The notes beneath the pieces were generated by a model that saw only the letters and a program-made list of their open reading frames with translations, searched no databases and was not told the origin of the DNA. Positions 46,410 through 48,516 of a stretch of 48,516 nucleotides of DNA are shown here, piece after piece. This stretch comes from Acidobacteriota bacterium (lineage in GTDB: Bacteria > Acidobacteriota > Blastocatellia > UBA7656). The stretch covers positions 1 to 48,516 of the forward strand of contig JANMSG010001169.1 of assembly GCA_031389065.1 (NCBI GenBank). Direction: 5' to 3'. The position numbers were made by a program, and so were the translations under genes. The number at the start of each line of letters is the position of its first letter. Within the stretch, counting starts at the first letter, position 1.

Positions 46410-47147
46410 TTATATGCGCGAAAGAGTCAAACTGCCTGACACGGAAGACATACGAAGACGGCGCGAGCCATCGCCCAGTCGTCCTTTTGCGGAATTGCGC
46501 GGACCATACTTCTCTTTTTGAACTTCAAGCGGAAAGTCTGTCTTCAAAGAACCGCTCATCGTTGACATATCAACATCTGCATCAATGTTGCCGGGCAATC
46601 TTACATTGACGCTGCCGCTGACGGATGAAAATTTCATGTCGTTGTTGCCCGAAAGTTTTTGAATTTCGACCTCGACACTGCCGCTAACAGAAGTGGCATT
46701 GACCGAGCCTGACACGTCTTTGACTCTGACTTGGCCGCTGACGCTGGAAGCATGGACGGAGCCTGTCACGCCTTGTATTTCAACTTCGCCGCTCACTGAG
46801 CTAATCCCTTCGAAGTCGTAACTGAGGGAACGCGGCACCTGAACTTTGAAATTGATGCTGGCGTTGCAATTACAGTTTTTCGGATAGCGCACACGCACAT
46901 CTACGCGATTGCCGCTGCTCAAATCTTCCACGTCAATTTTGTCGCGGTCTTGTCCTTCTTTGGTTGCGGTCACAAGTATGGCGTTGCCGTCATAACCTGT
47001 CATAATAATATCGCCGGAAATGTTGCCGATTTTTATTTGACCACCGGAATTTAACGTATATGATTTTTGAAAATCCTGAGCGGTAGCCGATGCCACACAA
47101 AACAGCGCGATCAGCGCAAAAGTCACACCAAGCAATGTTTTTTTCAT
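46410..47147 (-). CDS. DUF4097-type beta-strand repeat protein (putative adhesin), secreted
   Basis: Signal peptide MKKTLLGVTFALIALFCVASATAQ. Repeats SGDIIM, SVSGEVEIQGVTGSVHASSVSGQVRVKDVSGSVNATSVSGSVEVE. Start set at ATG 47147; the ORF is open to 47306. Confidence 0.75.
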   Translation of the reverse strand: MKKTLLGVTFALIALFCVASATAQDFQKSYTLNSGGQIKIGNISGDIIMTGYDGNAILVTATKEGQDRDKIDVEDLSSGNRVDVRVRYPKNCNCNASINFKVQVPRSLSYDFEGISSVSGEVEIQGVTGSVHASSVSGQVRVKDVSGSVNATSVSGSVEVEIQKLSGNNDMKFSSVSGSVNVRLPGNIDADVDMSTMSGSLKTDFPLEVQKEKYGPRNSAKGRLGDGSRRLRMSSVSGSLTLSRI

Positions 47148-47298
47148 GATTTCTTTTAGCTCCTTTTTGAAATGTTTGTTACGCCGAGTGAGTGGCAACA
47201 AATCAAAAAAGGTTGCAATCTTTTTTAGAATTCTGCGAGGCAGGTTGACGCGCACTTGATTGGGTTTCAGAATGCTTGACTGAATTTGGAGAAAGTTA

Positions 47299-47661
47299 AT
47301 GTTCAAACGAATAATGATCGCGCTTGTTTTATCGCTGGTTGTCGCTTGTGGTGGGAATGCGCCGAAGCAAAAACCGAAACCCTCAGAGCCTTACATTATT
47401 ATTTCATCGATAGCTGATCCTACGGCCAACAGCTATAAGCTGATGATTAAAGTTGATCCGCCGATCACGGAAGAGAATGTTAAAAAAGCGGCTGAAATAG
47501 CGATTGAAAAGAATAAAGGTCAATTCCAAACCGTCATCGTCAATTCATACACAACAAACAATATGAACAGCACACCATACGCCATATCTCGATACGACAG
47601 CAGCGGAGTAACCCATCAATTCAATTCGCAGGTTGCGCCGCAAAAAATACCGACACATTGA
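47299..47661 (+). CDS. hypothetical lipoprotein
   Basis: Lipobox LVVACGG after MFKRIMIALVLS. GGAGAAAG SD. Possible TTGACG-N17-CAGAAT promoter at 47245-47273. Confidence 0.6.
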   Translation: MFKRIMIALVLSLVVACGGNAPKQKPKPSEPYIIISSIADPTANSYKLMIKVDPPITEENVKKAAEIAIEKNKGQFQTVIVNSYTTNNMNSTPYAISRYDSSGVTHQFNSQVAPQKIPTH

Positions 47662-47905
47662 TCATGAGGAGACTCACGAATGAAGAAATCGAAGAGAGAT
47701 CAAGCGCTTAAAGAAATTCGATGCACCTGCTGTGTGCATCAGCGGACGTATCAATTGAAGTGGATTTCATCCTTGCAGAAAAATTAGCGCACTGATTTTG
47801 AAGAAACAAAATAAAAGGAATCGCATAAAATTTATCCATCCGCTATAAGGTAGTCTTCAAGTAAGAGGGTAGAAAACTCGCACTTATAATATAAGAGGTG
47901 GTGAG

Positions 47906-48516
47906 ATGGATCAAAAGCCGGGCGATTTTTTCATAGGAGTTATTAACTTCTTCGCTATCATGTTACCGGGCGCATTGCTATGCTTTTTTAGCATAGGCAT
48001 CTTCCAAGCTTACTATTCTGCCCGACAAGACATCTTTGGTTCAATTGAGCTAAAAGAGTCGCATGGATGGGTTATATTTATCTTCGCCTCTTACATTCTA
48101 GGCCAATTCATATTTCTCTTGGGGTCTCCACTCGATAGACTTTACGACCTCACACGTAAAATCGCCCTTGGCAGAGAAACTGAACTCAAATGGGAATTGT
48201 TTAAAGATATTGCAACCCAGTTTCAGGGGGCTAACTATGAATGGCTGAAAAGAGAATGGCTGAAAAACGAACGATTATATCAATGCGCTTCCCTCATTAG
48301 GAAAGAAAAGTTCAAAGAGGAAAAAGCAGAAATCGTAAATACCTTTCAATGGGCTAAGGCAAGAATCCAATTGCTCTATCCAAACGCCGTAGTCGAAATT
48401 CATCGTCTGGAAGCAGATCAAAAATTTTTCCGCAGCTTAATCATTGTCCTTTTTTTCATCGTTCTGCTTTTAATTTTTGTTTATAAACCCAAATGGTTTG
48501 AGCTGATACTCTGTTT
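47906..48516 (+). CDS. hypothetical membrane protein, 3-prime truncated by the window end
   Basis: Hand translation from ATG 47906 (SD AGAGGTGGTGAG) gives 203 codons with no stop before the window edge: MDQKPGDFFIGVINFFAIMLPGALLCFF...FRSLIIVLFFIVLLLIFVYKPKWF. Absent from the ORF track, presumably because it has no stop codon. At least 3 hydrophobic helices. Confidence 0.5.
   Translation, partial: MDQKPGDFFIGVINFFAIMLPGALLCFFSIGIFQAYYSARQDIFGSIELKESHGWVIFIFASYILGQFIFLLGSPLDRLYDLTRKIALGRETELKWELFKDIATQFQGANYEWLKREWLKNERLYQCASLIRKEKFKEEKAEIVNTFQWAKARIQLLYPNAVVEIHRLEADQKFFRSLIIVLFFIVLLLIFVYKPKWFELILC

Noticed and set aside
47680-47787. 35-codon Cys-containing mini-ORF (MKKSKRDQALKEIRCTCCVHQRTYQLKWISSLQKN)
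   Set aside because: It has no convincing SD and no recognisable family, and it is too short to support from sequence alone. It is noted only as a possibility within the AT-rich edge region.

Overview
This 48.5-kb window looks like a chromosomal, mostly housekeeping segment of a diderm bacterium. GC is about 50% by eye. The protein repertoire resembles what I associate with Acidobacteriota-like soil bacteria: Tat-exported Gfo/Idh/MocA plus TIM-barrel pair, CarboxypepD_reg fusions, DUF4097, and a giant LTD/IPT protein. Taxonomy cannot be verified from sequence alone.

I found no rRNA, tRNA, CRISPR array, transposase, integrase or phage gene. Confident core genes:
- groES-groEL, preceded by a consensus sigma70 promoter and a CIRCE operator
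- pta
- an ECF sigma / anti-sigma pair
- feoAB
- cca
- glyQS
- htrA/degP
- glpX
- a marR-FMN reductase-LysE exporter operon

The best candidate for an undescribed system is a tightly spaced plus-strand three-gene operon at 15046-23198:
- (i) A signal-peptide-bearing PEP-utilising-family phosphotransferase with permuted domain order.
- (ii) A 1396-aa membrane protein. Its extracytoplasmic part is 2x CarboxypepD_reg, about 14 Reg_prop beta-propeller blades and a Y_Y_Y domain. Its cytoplasmic output is an Arch/ORC-type AAA (STAND-like) NTPase with a wHTH, not a histidine kinase.
- (iii) A paralogous NTPase-wHTH fused to a Hanks-type Ser/Thr kinase.

The second notable signal is a repeat family I cannot place. 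There are three intergenic elements (34423-34559, 37748-37888, 41596-41724). Each is a 4-5 unit tandem heptamer array (AGTAGGC/AGTAAGC), then a non-conserved 71-74 nt AT-rich spacer, then the inverted complement array. The arms abut or overlap stop codons.

Other observations:
- a second REP-like palindromic repeat family with two copies
- a perfect 20-bp inverted repeat upstream of a bactofilin operon
- a 32-bp tandem duplication in the ECF-sigma divergent intergenic region
- an inverted repeat that includes the cca start codon
- a 3-prime-truncated membrane-protein ORF at the AT-richer right edge, missing from the ORF track

All functional calls come from motif and family recognition by eye. 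No database search was run.
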